Shown here in pieces: positions 27,001-42,000 of a stretch of 64,000 bases of DNA. This stretch comes from Antedon mediterranea (taxonomy: Eukaryota > Animalia > Echinodermata): the NCBI RefSeq assembly GCF_964355755.1, contig NC_092670.1, forward strand, positions 27,764,388 through 27,828,387, read 5' to 3'. Both the position numbers and the translations under genes were made by a program. The stretch's first letter is position 1. Each line of letters opens with the position of its first letter. A model generated the notes under the pieces. The model saw nothing but the letters and a program-made list of their open reading frames with translations. It made no database searches and was not told where the DNA came from.

Positions 27001-30000
27001 TACGATATTAAGCTATTTTGTGCTCTTTGATGTTTTTGTGTGAAAAGTTTTATCGAAATGCTCAAAATGGTCTAAAACGGTTTCTAATGTGATTTTAAGC
27101 ACTTTGATGTTTTTATGTTAACAACTTTTTTAGAAAATCACAAAATGGTCTAAAACGTCTCCAAATGCGATTTGAAGCAATTCTAAGCACTTTGGTGTTT
27201 TTATGGTAACGAGTTTTTTTGAATATCACAAAATGGTCTAAAACGGCTCCAAATACGATTTGAAGCTATTCTAAGCACTTTGGTGTTTTTATGTTAACAA
27301 GTTTTTTCGAAAATCACAAAATGGTCTAAAACGTCTCCAAATGCGATTTGAAGCTATTCTAAGCACTTTGGTGTTTTTATGTTAACAAGTTTTTTCGAAA
27401 ATCACAAAATGGTGTAAAACGTCTCCAAATGCGATTTGAAGCTATTCTAAGCAATTTTGTGTTTTTATGTTAACAAGTTTTTTCGAAAATCACAAAATGG
27501 TCTAAAACGTCTCCAAATGCGATTTGAAGCTATTCTAAGCACTTTTGTGTTTTTATGTTAACAAGTTTTTTCGAAAATCACAAAATGGTCTAAAATGTCT
27601 CAAAATGCGATTTGAAGCTATTCTGTACACTTTGCTGTTTTGTGTGAATAATTTTTGTCAAAATGCTCAAAATGGTCAAAAACGTTTTTAAATACTATAT
27701 TAAGCTATTTTGTGTTCTTTGATGTTTTTGTGTGAAAAGTTTTTTCGAAATGCTCAAAATGGTCTAAAACGGTTTCTAATGTGATTTTAAGCACTTTGAT
27801 GTTTTTATGTTAACAACTTTTTTAGAAAATTACAAAATGGTCTAAAACGTCTCCAAATGCGATTTGAAGCAATTCTAAGCACTTTGGTGTTTTTATGTTA
27901 ACAAGTTTTTTCGAAAATCACAAAATGGTCTAAAACGTCTCCAAATGCGATTTGAAGCTATTCTGTACACTTTGCTGTTTTGTGTGAATAATTTTTGTTG
28001 AAATGCTCAAAATGGTCAAAAACGTTTTTAAATACGATATTAAGCTATTTTGTGCTCTTTGATGTTTTTGTGTGAAAAGTTTTATCGAAATGCTCAAAAT
28101 GGTCTAAAACGGTTTCTAATGTGATTTTAAGCACTTTGGTGTTTTTATGTTAACAAGTTTTTTCGAAAATCACAAAATGGTCTAAAACGTCTCCAAATGT
28201 GATTTGAAGCTATTCTAAACACTTTGGTGTTTTTATGTTAACAAGTTTTTTCGAAAATCACAAATTGGTCTAAAACGTCTCCAAATGCGATTTGAAGCTA
28301 TTTTAAGCACTTTGGTGTTTTTGTGTAACCAAGTTTTTTCGAAAATCACAAAAGGGTCTAAAATGTCTCAAAATGCGATTTGAAGCTATTCTGTACACTT
28401 TGATGTTTTTTTGTTAACAAGTTTTTTCGAAAGTCACAAAATGGTCTAAAACGTCTCCAAATGCGATTTGAAGCTATTCTAAGCACTTTGCTGTTTTGTG
28501 TGAATAATTTTTGTCGAAATGCTCAAAATGGTCAAAAACGTTTTTAAATACGATATTAAGCTATTTTGTGCTCTTTGATGTTTTTGTGTGAAAAGTTTTA
28601 TCGAAATGCTCAAAATGGTCTAAAACGGTTTCTAATGTGATTTTAAGCACTTTGATGTTTTTATGTTAACAACTTTTTTAGAAAATCACAAAATGGTCTA
28701 AAACGTCTCCAAATGCGATTTGAAGCAATTCTAAGCACTTTGGTGTTTTTATGGTAACGAGTTTTTTTGAATATCACAAAATGGTCTAAAATGTCTCCAA
28801 ATGCGATTTGAAGCTTTTCTAAGCACTTTGGTGTTTTTATGTTAACAAGTTTTTTCGAAAATCACAAAATGGTCTAAAACGTCTCCAAATGCGATTTGAA
28901 GCTATTCTGTACACTTTGCTGTTTTGTGTGAATAATTTTTGTCGAAATGCTCAAAATGGTCAAAAACGTTTTTAAATACGATATTAAGCTATTTTGTGCT
29001 CTTTGATGTTTTTGTGTGAAAAGTTTTATCGAAATGCTCAAAATGGTCTAAAACGGTTTCTAATGTGATTTTAAGCACTTTGATGTTTTTATGTTAACAA
29101 CTTTTTTAGAAAATTACAAAATGGTGTAAAACGTCTCCAAATGCGATTTGAAGCTATTCTAAGCAATTTGGTGTTTTTATGTTAACAAGTTTTTTCGAAA
29201 ATCACAAAATGGTCTAAAACGTCTCCAAATGCGATTTGAAGCTATTCTAAGCACTTTTGTGTTTTTATGTTAACAAGTTTTTTCGAAAATCACAAAATGG
29301 TCTAAAATGTCTCCAAATGCGATTTGAAGCTTTTCTAAGCACTTTTGTGTTTTTATGTTTACAAGTTTTTTCGAAAATCACAAAATGGTCTAAAACGTCT
29401 CCAAATGCGATTTGAAGCTATTCTGTACACTTTGCTGTTTTGTGTGAATAATTTTTGTCAAAATGCTCAAAATGGTCAAAAACGTTTTTAAATACTATAT
29501 TAAGCTATTTTGTGTTCTTTGATGTTTTTATGTGAAAAGTTTTATCGAAATGCTCAAAATGGTCTAAAACGGTTTCTAATGTGATTTTAAGAACTTTGAT
29601 GTTTTTATGTTAAAAACTTTTTTAGAAAATCACAAAATGGTCTAAAACGTCTCCAAATGCGATTTGAAGCAATTCTAAGCACTTTGGTGTTTTTATGTTA
29701 ACATGTTTTTTCGAAAATCACAAAATGGTCTACAACGTCTCCAAATGCGATTTGAAGATATTCTAAGCACTTTGGTGTTTTTATGTTAACAAGTTTTTTC
29801 GAAAATCACAAAGTGGTATAAAACGTCTCCAAATGCGATTTTAAGGTATTCTAAGCACTTTGGTGTTTTTATGTTAACAAGTTTTTTCGAAAATCACAAA
29901 ATGGTCTAAAACGTCTCCAAATGTGATTTGAAGCTATTCTAAACACTTTGGTGTTTTTATGTTAACAAGTTTTTTCGAAAATCACAAAATGGTGTAAAAC

Positions 30001-33000
30001 GTCTCCAAATGCGATTTGAAGCTATTCTAAGCAATTTTGTGTTTTTATGTTAACAAGTTTTTTCGAAAATCACAAAATGGTCTAAAACGTCTCCAAATGC
30101 GATTTGAAGCTATTCTAAGCACTTTTGTGTTTTTATGTTAACAAGTTTTTTCGAAAATCACAAAATGGTCTAAAATGTCTCAAAATGCGATTTGAAGCTA
30201 TTCTGTACACTTTGCTGTTTTGTGTGAATAATTTTTGTCAAAATGCTCAAAATGGTCAAAAACGTTTTTAAATACTATATTAAGCTATTTTGTGTTCTTT
30301 GATGTTTTTGTGTGAAAAGTTTTTTCGAAATGCTCAAAATGGTCTAAAACGGTTTCTAATGTGATTTTAAGCACTTTGATGTTTTTATGTTAACAACTTT
30401 TTTAGAAAATTACAAAATGGTCTAAAACGTCTCCAAATGCGATTTGAAGCAATTCTAAGCACTTTGGTGTTTTTATGTTAACAAGTTTTTTCGAAAATCA
30501 CAAAATGATCTAAAACGTCTCCAAATGCGATTTGAAGCTATTCGGTACACTTTGCTGTTTTGTGTGAATAATTTTTGTTGAAATGCTCAAAATGGTCAAA
30601 AACGTTTTTAAATACGATATTAAGCTATTTTGTGCTCTTTGATGTTTTTGTGTGAAAAGTTTTATCGAAATGCTCAAAATGGTCTAAAACGGTTTCTAAT
30701 GTGATTTTAAGCACTTTGTTGTTTTTATGTTAACAAGTTTTTTCGAAAATCACAAAATGGTCTAAAATGTCTCCAAATGCGATCTGAAGCTTTTCTAAGC
30801 ACTTTGGTGTTTTTATGTTAACAAGTTTTTTCGAAAATCACAAAATGGTCTAAAACGTCTCCAAATGTGATTTGAAGCTATTCTAAACACTTTGGTGTTT
30901 TTATGTTAACAAGTTTTTTCGAAAATCACAAATTGGTCTAAAACGTCTCCAAATGCGATTTGAAGCTATTTTAAGCACTTTGGTTTTTTTGTGTAACCAA
31001 GTTTTTTCGAAAATCACAAAAGGGTCTAAAATGTCTCAAAATGCGATTTGAAGCTATTCTGTACACTTTGATGTTTTTTTGTTAACAAGTTTTTTCGAAA
31101 GTCACAAAATGGTCTAAAAAGTCTCCAAATGCGATTTGAAGCTATTCTAAGCACTTTGGTGTTTTTATGTTAACAAGTTTTATCGAAAATCACAAAATGG
31201 TGTAAAACGTCTCCAAATGCGATTTGAAGCTATTCTAAGCACTTTGGTGTTTTTATGTTAACAAGTTTTTTCGAAAATCACAAAATGGTGTAAAACGTCT
31301 CCAAATGCGATTTTAAGCTATTCTAAGCAATTTGGTGTTTTTATGTTAACAAGTTTTTTCGAAAATCACAAAATGGTCTAAAACGTCTCCAAATGCGATT
31401 TGAAGCTATTCTGTACACTTTGCTGTTTTGTGAGAATAATTTTTGTCGAAATGCTCAAAATGGTCAAAAACGTTTTTAAATACGATATTAAGCTATTTTG
31501 TGCTCTTTGATGTTTTTGTGTGAAAAGTTTTATCGAAATGCTCAAAATGGTCTAAAACGGTTTCTAATGTGATTTTAAGCACTTTGATGTTTTTATGTTA
31601 ACAACTTTTTTAGAAAATTACAAAATGGTGTAAAACGTCTCCAAATGCGATTTGAAGCTATTCTAAGCAATTTCGTGTTTTTATGTTAACAAGTTTTTTC
31701 GAAAATCACAAAATGGTCTAAAACGTCTCCAAATGCGATTTGAAGCTATTCTAAGCACTTTTGTGTTTTTATGTTAACAAGTTTTTTCGAAAATCACAAA
31801 ATGGTCTAAAACGTCTCCAAATGCGATTTGAAGCTATTCTGTACACTTTGCTGTTTTGTGTGAATAATTTTTTGTCGAAATGCTCAAAATGGTCAAAAAC
31901 GTTTTTAAATACGATATTAAGCTATTTTGTGCTCTTTGATGTTTTTGTGTGAAAAGTTTTATCGAAATGCTCAAAATGGTCTAAAACGGTTTCTAATGTG
32001 ATTTTAAGCACTTTGATGTTTTTATGTTAACAACTTTTTTAGAAAATCACAAAATGGTCTAAAACGTCTCCAAATGCGATTTGAAGCAATTCTAAGCACT
32101 TTGGTGTTTTTATGGTAACGAGTTTTTTTGAATATCACAAAATGGTCTAAAACGTCTCCAAATGCGATTTGAAGCTTTTCTAAGCACTTTGGTGTTTTTA
32201 TGTTTACAAGTTTTTTCGAAAATCACAAAATGGTCTAAAACGGCTCCAAATACGATTTGAAGCTATTCTAAGCACTTTGGTGTTTTTATGTTAACAAGTT
32301 TTTTCGAAAATCACAAAATGGTCTAAAACGTCTCCAAATGCGATTTGAAGCTATTCTAAGCACTTTGGTGTTTTTATGTTAACAAGTTTTTTCGAAAATC
32401 ACAAAATGGTGTAAAACGTCTCCAAATGCGATTTGAAGCTATTCTAAGCACTTTTGTGTTTTTATGTTAACAAGTTTTTTCGAAAATCACAAAATGGTCT
32501 AAAATGTCTCAAAATGCGATTTGAAGCTATTCTGTACACTTTGCTGTTTTGTGTGAATAATTTTTGTCAAAATGCTCAAAATGGTCAAAAACGTTTTTAA
32601 ATACTATATTAAGCTATTTTGTGTTCTTTGATGTTTTTGTGTGAAAAGTTTTTTCGAAATGCTCAAAATGGTCTAAAACGGTTTCTAATGTGATTTTAAG
32701 CACTTTGATGTTTTTATGTTAACAACTTTTTTAGAAAATTACAAAATGGTCTAAAACGTCTCCAAATGCGATTTGAAGCAATTCTAAGCACTTTGGTGTT
32801 TTTATGTTAACAAGTTTTTTCGAAAATCACAAAATGGTCTAAAACGTCTCCAAATGCGATTTGAAGCTATTCTGTACACTTTGCTGTTTTGTGTGAATAA
32901 TTTTTGTTGAAATGCTCAAAATGGTCAAAAACGTTTTTAAATACGATATTAAGCTATTTTGTGCTCTTTGATGTTTTTGTGTGAAAAGTTTTATCGAAAT

Positions 33001-36000
33001 GCTCAAAATGGTCTAAAACGGTTTCTAATGTGATTTTAAGCACTTTGGTGTTTTTATGTTAACAAGTTTTTTCGAAAATCACAAAATGGTCTAAAACGTC
33101 TCCAAATGTGATTTGAAGCTATTCTAAACACTTTGGTGTTTTTATGTTAACAAGTTTTTTCGAAAATCACAAATTGGTCTAAAACGTCTCCAAATGCGAT
33201 TTGAAGCTATTTTAAGCACTTTGGTGTTTTTGTGTAACCAAGTTTTTTCGAAAATCACAAAAGGGTCTAAAATGTCTCAAAATGCGATTTGAAGCTATTC
33301 TGTACACTTTGATGTTTTTTTGTTAACAAGTTTTTTCGAAAGTCACAAAATGGTCTAAAAAGTCTCCAAATGCGATTTGAAGCTATTCTAAGCACTTTGG
33401 TGTTTTTATGTTAACAAGTTTTATCGAAAATCACAAAATGGTGTAAAACGTCTCCAAATGCGATTTGAAGCTATTCTAAGCACTTTGGTGTTTTTATGTT
33501 AACAAGTTTTTTCGAAAATCACAAAATGGTGTAAAACGTCTCCAAATGCGATTTTAAGCTATTCTAAGCAATTTGGTGTTTTTATGTTAACAAGTTTTTT
33601 CGAAAATCACAAAATGGTCTAAAACGTCTCCAAATGCGATTTGAAGCTATTCTGTACACTTTGCTGTTTTGTGAGAATAATTTTTGTCGAAATGCTCAAA
33701 ATGGTCAAAAACGTTTTTAAATACGATATTAAGCTATTTTGTGCTCTTTGATGTTTTTGTGTGAAAAGTTTTATCGAAATGCTCAAAATGGTCTAAAACG
33801 GTTTCTAATGTGATTTTAAGCACTTTGATGTTTTTATGTTAACAACTTTTTTAGAAAATTACAAAATGGTGTAAAACGTCTCCAAATGCGATTTGAAGCT
33901 ATTCTAAGCAATTTCGTGTTTTTATGTTAACAAGTTTTTTCGAAAATCACAAAATGGTCTAAAACGTCTCCAAATGCGATTTGAAGCTATTCTAAGCACT
34001 TTTGTGTTTTTATGTTAACAAGTTTTTTCGAAAATCACAAAATGGTCTAAAATGTCTCCAAATGTGATTTGAAGCTATTCTAAACACTTTGGTGTTTTTA
34101 TGTTAACAAGTTTTTTCGAAAATCACAAATTGGTCTAAAACGTCTCCAAATGCGATTTGAAGCTATTTTAAGCACTTTGGTGTTTTTGTGTAACCAAGTT
34201 TTTTCGAAAATCACAAAAGGGTCTAAAATGTCTCAAAATGCGATTTGAAGCTATTCTGTACACTTTGAAGTTTTTATGTTAACAACTTTTTTAGAAAATC
34301 ACAAAATGGTCTAAAACGTCTCCAAATGCGATTTGAAGCAATTCTAAGCACTTTGGTGTTTTTATGGTAACGAGTTTTTTTGAATATCACAAAATGGTCT
34401 AAAATGTCTCCAAATGCGATTTGAAGCTTTTCTAAGCACTTTGGTGTTTTTATGTTAACAAGTTTTTTCGAAAATCACAAAATGGTCTAAAACGTCTCCA
34501 AATGCGATTTGAAGCTATTCTGTACACTTTGCTGTTTTGTGTGAATAATTTTTGTCGAAATGCTCAAAATGGTCAAAAACGTTTTTAAATACGATATTAA
34601 GCTATTTTGTGCTCTTTGATGTTTTTGTGTGAAAAGTTTTATCGAAATGCTCAAAATGGTCTAAAACGGTTTCTAATGTGATTTTAAGCACTTTGATGTT
34701 TTTATGTTAACAACTTTTTTAGAAAATCACAAAATGGTCTAAAACGTCTCCAAATGCGATTTGAAGCAATTCTAAGCACTTTGGTGTTTTTATGGTAACG
34801 AGTTTTTTTGAATATCACAAAATGGTCTAAAACGTCTCCAAATGCGATTTGAAGCTTTTCTAAGCACTTTGGTGTTTTTATGTTTACAAGTTTTTTCGAA
34901 AATCACAAAATGGTCTAAAACGGCTCCAAATACGATTTGAAGCTATTCTAAGCACTTTGGTGTTTTTATGTTAACAAGTTTTTTCGAAAATCACAAAATG
35001 GTCTAAAACGTCTCCAAATGCGATTTGAAGCTATTCTAAGCACTTTGGTGTTTTTATGTTAACAAGTTTTTTCGAAAATCACAAAATGGTGTAAAACGTC
35101 TCCAAATGCGATTTGAAGCTATTCTAAGCAATTTTGTGTTTTTATGTTAACAAGTTTTTTCGAAAATCACAAAATGGTCTAAAACGTCTCCAAATGCGAT
35201 TTGAAGCTATTCTAAGCACTTTTGTGTTTTTATGTTAACAAGTTTTTTCGAAAATCACAAAATGGTCTAAAATGTCTCAAAATGCGATTTGAAGCTATTC
35301 TGTACACTTTGCTGTTTTGTGTGAATAATTTTTGTCAAAATGCTCAAAATGGTCAAAAACGTTTTTAAATACTATATTAAGCTATTTTGTGTTCTTTGAT
35401 GTTTTTGTGTGAAAAGTTTTATCGAAATGCTCAAAATGGTCTAAAACGGTTTCTAATGTGATTTTAAGCACTTTGTTGTTTTTATGTTAACAAGTTTTTT
35501 CGAAAATCACAAAATGGTCTAAAATGTCTCCAAATGCGATCTGAAGCTTTTCTAAGCACTTTGGTGTTTTTATGTTAACAAGTTTTTTCGAAAATCACAA
35601 AATGGTCTAAAACGTCTCCAAATGTGATTTGAAGCTATTCTAAACACTTTGGTGTTTTTATGTTAACAAGTTTTTTCGAAAATCACAAATTGGTCTAAAA
35701 CGTCTCCAAATGCGATTTGAAGCTATTTTAAGCACTTTGGTTTTTTTGTGTAACCAAGTTTTTTCGAAAATCACAAAAGGGTCTAAAATGTCTCAAAATG
35801 CGATTTGAAGCTATTCTGTACACTTTGATGTTTTTTTGTTAACAAGTTTTTTCGAAAGTCACAAAATGGTCTAAAAAGTCTCCAAATGCGATTTGAAGCT
35901 ATTCTAAGCACTTTGGTGTTTTTATGTTAACAAGTTTTATCGAAAATCACAAAATGGTGTAAAACGTCTCCAAATGCGATTTGAAGCTATTCTAAGCACT

Positions 36001-39000
36001 TTGGTGTTTTTATGTTAACAAGTTTTTTCGAAAATCACAAAATGGTGTAAAACGTCTCCAAATGCGATTTTAAGCTATTCTAAGCAATTTGGTGTTTTTA
36101 TGTTAACAAGTTTTTTCGAAAATCACAAAATGGTCTAAAACGTCTCCAAATGCGATTTGAAGCTATTCTGTACACTTTGCTGTTTTGTGAGAATAATTTT
36201 TGTCGAAATGCTCAAAATGGTCAAAAACGTTTTTAAATACGATATTAAGCTATTTTGTGCTCTTTGATGTTTTTGTGTGAAAAGTTTTATCGAAATGCTC
36301 AAAATGGTCTAAAACGGTTTCTAATGTGATTTTAAGCACTTTGATGTTTTTATGTTAACAACTTTTTTAGAAAATTACAAAATGGTGTAAAACGTCTCCA
36401 AATGCGATTTGAAGCTATTCTAAGCAATTTCGTGTTTTTATGTTAACAAGTTTTTTCGAAAATCACAAAATGGTCTAAAACGTCTCCAAATGCGATTTGA
36501 AGCTATTCTAAGCACTTTTGTGTTTTTATGTTAACAAGTTTTTTCGAAAATCACAAAATGGTCTAAAACGTCTCCAAATGCGATTTGAAGCTATTCTGTA
36601 CACTTTGCTGTTTTGTGTGAATAATTTTTTGTCGAAATGCTCAAAATGGTCAAAAACGTTTTTAAATACGATATTAAGCTATTTTGTGCTCTTTGATGTT
36701 TTTGTGTGAAAAGTTTTATCGAAATGCTCAAAATGGTCTAAAACGGTTTCTAATGTGATTTTAAGCACTTTGATGTTTTTATGTTAACAACTTTTTTAGA
36801 AAATCACAAAATGGTCTAAAACGTCTCCAAATGCGATTTGAAGCAATTCTAAGCACTTTGGTGTTTTTATGGTAACGAGTTTTTTTGAATATCACAAAAT
36901 GGTCTAAAACGTCTCCAAATGCGATTTGAAGCTTTTCTAAGCACTTTGGTGTTTTTATGTTTACAAGTTTTTTCGAAAATCACAAAATGGTCTAAAACGG
37001 CTCCAAATACGATTTGAAGCTATTCTAAGCACTTTGGTGTTTTTATGTTAACAAGTTTTTTCGAAAATCACAAAATGGTCTAAAACGTCTCCAAATGCGA
37101 TTTGAAGCTATTCTAAGCACTTTGGTGTTTTTATGTTAACAAGTTTTTTCGAAAATCACAAAATGGTGTAAAACGTCTCCAAATGCGATTTGAAGCTATT
37201 CTAAGCACTTTTGTGTTTTTATGTTAACAAGTTTTTTCGAAAATCACAAAATGGTCTAAAATGTCTCAAAATGCGATTTGAAGCTATTCTGTACACTTTG
37301 CTGTTTTGTGTGAATAATTTTTGTCAAAATGCTCAAAATGGTCAAAAACGTTTTTAAATACTATATTAAGCTATTTTGTGTTCTTTGATGTTTTTGTGTG
37401 AAAAGTTTTTTCGAAATGCTCAAAATGGTCTAAAACGGTTTCTAATGTGATTTTAAGCACTTTGATGTTTTTATGTTAACAACTTTTTTAGAAAATTACA
37501 AAATGGTCTAAAACGTCTCCAAATGCGATTTGAAGCAATTCTAAGCACTTTGGTGTTTTTATGTTAACAAGTTTTTTCGAAAATCACAAAATGGTCTAAA
37601 ACGTCTCCAAATGCGATTTGAAGCTATTCTGTACACTTTGCTGTTTTGTGTGAATAATTTTTGTTGAAATGCTCAAAATGGTCAAAAACGTTTTTAAATA
37701 CGATATTAAGCTATTTTGTGCTCTTTGATGTTTTTGTGTGAAAAGTTTTATCGAAATGCTCAAAATGGTCTAAAACGGTTTCTAATGTGATTTTAAGCAC
37801 TTTGGTGTTTTTATGTTAACAAGTTTTTTCGAAAATCACAAAATGGTCTAAAACGTCTCCAAATGTGATTTGAAGCTATTCTAAACACTTTGGTGTTTTT
37901 ATGTTAACAAGTTTTTTCGAAAATCACAAATTGGTCTAAAACGTCTCCAAATGCGATTTGAAGCTATTTTAAGCACTTTGGTGTTTTTGTGTAACCAAGT
38001 TTTTTCGAAAATCACAAAAGGGTCTAAAATGTCTCAAAATGCGATTTGAAGCTATTCTGTACACTTTGATGTTTTTTTGTTAACAAGTTTTTTCGAAAGT
38101 CACAAAATGGTCTAAAAAGTCTCCAAATGCGATTTGAAGCTATTCTAAGCACTTTGGTGTTTTTATGTTAACAAGTTTTATCGAAAATCACAAAATGGTG
38201 TAAAACGTCTCCAAATGCGATTTGAAGCTATTCTAAGCACTTTGGTGTTTTTATGTTAACAAGTTTTTTCGAAAATCACAAAATGGTGTAAAACGTCTCC
38301 AAATGCGATTTTAAGCTATTCTAAGCAATTTGGTGTTTTTATGTTAACAAGTTTTTTCGAAAATCACAAAATGGTCTAAAACGTCTCCAAATGCGATTTG
38401 AAGCTATTCTGTACACTTTGCTGTTTTGTGAGAATAATTTTTGTCGAAATGCTCAAAATGGTCAAAAACGTTTTTAAATACGATATTAAGCTATTTTGTG
38501 CTCTTTGATGTTTTTGTGTGAAAAGTTTTATCGAAATGCTCAAAATGGTCTAAAACGGTTTCTAATGTGATTTTAAGCACTTTGATGTTTTTATGTTAAC
38601 AACTTTTTTAGAAAATTACAAAATGGTGTAAAACGTCTCCAAATGCGATTTGAAGCTATTCTAAGCAATTTCGTGTTTTTATGTTAACAAGTTTTTTCGA
38701 AAATCACAAAATGGTCTAAAACGTCTCCAAATGCGATTTGAAGCTATTCTAAGCACTTTTGTGTTTTTATGTTAACAAGTTTTTTCGAAAATCACAAAAT
38801 GGTCTAAAATGTCTCCAAATGTGATTTGAAGCTATTCTAAACACTTTGGTGTTTTTATGTTAACAAGTTTTTTCGAAAATCACAAATTGGTCTAAAACGT
38901 CTCCAAATGCGATTTGAAGCTATTTTAAGCACTTTGGTGTTTTTGTGTAACCAAGTTTTTTCGAAAATCACAAAAGGGTCTAAAATGTCTCAAAATGCGA

Positions 39001-42000
39001 TTTGAAGCTATTCTGTACACTTTGAAGTTTTTATGTTAACAACTTTTTTAGAAAATCACAAAATGGTCTAAAACGTCTCCAAATGCGATTTGAAGCAATT
39101 CTAAGCACTTTGGTGTTTTTATGGTAACGAGTTTTTTTGAATATCACAAAATGGTCTAAAATGTCTCCAAATGCGATTTGAAGCTTTTCTAAGCACTTTG
39201 GTGTTTTTATGTTAACAAGTTTTTTCGAAAATCACAAAATGGTCTAAAACGTCTCCAAATGCGATTTGAAGCTATTCTGTACACTTTGCTGTTTTGTGTG
39301 AATAATTTTTGTCGAAATGCTCAAAATGGTCAAAAACGTTTTTAAATACGATATTAAGCTATTTTGTGCTCTTTGATGTTTTTGTGTGAAAAGTTTTATC
39401 GAAATGCTCAAAATGGTCTAAAACGGTTTCTAATGTGATTTTAAGCACTTTGATGTTTTTATGTTAACAACTTTTTTAGAAAATCACAAAATGGTCTAAA
39501 ACGTCTCCAAATGCGATTTGAAGCAATTCTAAGCACTTTGGTGTTTTTATGGTAACGAGTTTTTTTGAATATCACAAAATGGTCTAAAACGTCTCCAAAT
39601 GCGATTTGAAGCTTTTCTAAGCACTTTGGTGTTTTTATGTTTACAAGTTTTTTCGAAAATCACAAAATGGTCTAAAACGGCTCCAAATACGATTTGAAGC
39701 TATTCTAAGCACTTTGGTGTTTTTATGTTAACAAGTTTTTTCGAAAATCACAAAATGGTCTAAAACGTCTCCAAATGCGATTTGAAGCTATTCTAAGCAC
39801 TTTGGTGTTTTTATGTTAACAAGTTTTTTCGAAAATCACAAAATGGTGTAAAACGTCTCCAAATGCGATTTGAAGCTATTCTAAGCAATTTTGTGTTTTT
39901 ATGTTAACAAGTTTTTTCGAAAATCACAAAATGGTCTAAAACGTCTCCAAATGCGATTTGAAGCTATTCTAAGCACTTTTGTGTTTTTATGTTAACAAGT
40001 TTTTTCGAAAATCACAAAATGGTCTAAAATGTCTCAAAATGCGATTTGAAGCTATTCTGTACACTTTGCTGTTTTGTGTGAATAATTTTTGTCAAAATGC
40101 TCAAAATGGTCAAAAACGTTTTTAAATACTATATTAAGCTATTTTGTGTTCTTTGATGTTTTTGTGTGAAAAGTTTTTTCGAAATGCTCAAAATGGTCTA
40201 AAACGGTTTCTAATGTGATTTTAAGCACTTTGATGTTTTTATGTTAACAACTTTTTTAGAAAATTACAAAATGGTCTAAAACGTCTCCAAATGCGATTTG
40301 AAGCAATTCTAAGCACTTTGGTGTTTTTATGTTAACAAGTTTTTTCGAAAATCACAAAATGGTCTAAAACGTCTCCAAATGCGATTTGAAGCTATTCGGT
40401 ACACTTTGCTGTTTTGTGTGAATAATTTTTGTTGAAATGCTCAAAATGGTCAAAAACGTTTTTAAATACGATATTAAGCTATTTTGTGCTCTTTGATGTT
40501 TTTGTGTGAAAAGTTTTATCGAAATGCTCAAAATGGTCTAAAACGGTTTCTAATGTGATTTTAAGCACTTTGGTGTTTTTATGTTAACAAGTTTTTTCGA
40601 AAATCACAAAATGGTCTAAAATGTCTCCAAATGCGATCTGAAGCTTTTCTAAGCACTTTGGTGTTTTTATGTTAACAAGTTTTTTCGAAAATCACAAAAT
40701 GGTCTAAAACGTCTCCAAATGTGATTTGAAGCTATTCTAAACACTTTGGTGTTTTTATGTTAACAAGTTTTTTCGAAAATCACAAATTGGTCTAAAACGT
40801 CTCCAAATGCGATTTGAAGCTATTTTAAGCACTTTGGTTTTTTTGTGTAACCAAGTTTTTTCGAAAATCACAAAAGGGTCTAAAATGTCTCAAAATGCGA
40901 TTTGAAGCTATTCTGTACACTTTGATGTTTTTTTGTTAACAAGTTTTTTCGAAAGTCACAAAATGGTCTAAAAAGTCTCCAAATGCGATTTGAAGCTATT
41001 CTAAGCACTTTGGTGTTTTTATGTTAACAAGTTTTATCGAAAATCACAAAATGGTGTAAAACGTCTCCAAATGCGATTTGAAGCTATTCTAAGCACTTTG
41101 GTGTTTTTATGTTAACAAGTTTTTTCGAAAATCACAAAATGGTGTAAAACGTCTCCAAATGCGATTTTAAGCTATTCTAAGCAATTTGGTGTTTTTATGT
41201 TAACAAGTTTTTTCGAAAATCACAAAATGGTCTAAAACGTCTCCAAATGCGATTTGAAGCTATTCTGTACACTTTGCTGTTTTGTGAGAATAATTTTTGT
41301 CGAAATGCTCAAAATGGTCAAAAACGTTTTTAAATACGATATTAAGCTATTTTGTGCTCTTTGATGTTTTTGTGTGAAAAGTTTTATCGAAATGCTCAAA
41401 ATGGTCTAAAACGGTTTCTAATGTGATTTTAAGCACTTTGATGTTTTTATGTTAACAACTTTTTTAGAAAATTACAAAATGGTGTAAAACGTCTCCAAAT
41501 GCGATTTGAAGCTATTCTAAGCAATTTCGTGTTTTTATGTTAACAAGTTTTTTCGAAAATCACAAAATGGTCTAAAACGTCTCCAAATGCGATTTGAAGC
41601 TATTCTAAGCACTTTTGTGTTTTTATGTTAACAAGTTTTTTCGAAAATCACAAAATGGTCTAAAACGTCTCCAAATGCGATTTGAAGCTATTCTGTACAC
41701 TTTGCTGTTTTGTGTGAATAATTTTTTGTCGAAATGCTCAAAATGGTCAAAAACGTTTTTAAATACGATATTAAGCTATTTTGTGCTCTTTGATGTTTTT
41801 GTGTGAAAAGTTTTATCGAAATGCTCAAAATGGTCTAAAACGGTTTCTAATGTGATTTTAAGCACTTTGATGTTTTTATGTTAACAACTTTTTTAGAAAA
41901 TCACAAAATGGTCTAAAACGTCTCCAAATGCGATTTGAAGCAATTCTAAGCACTTTGGTGTTTTTATGGTAACGAGTTTTTTTGAATATCACAAAATGGT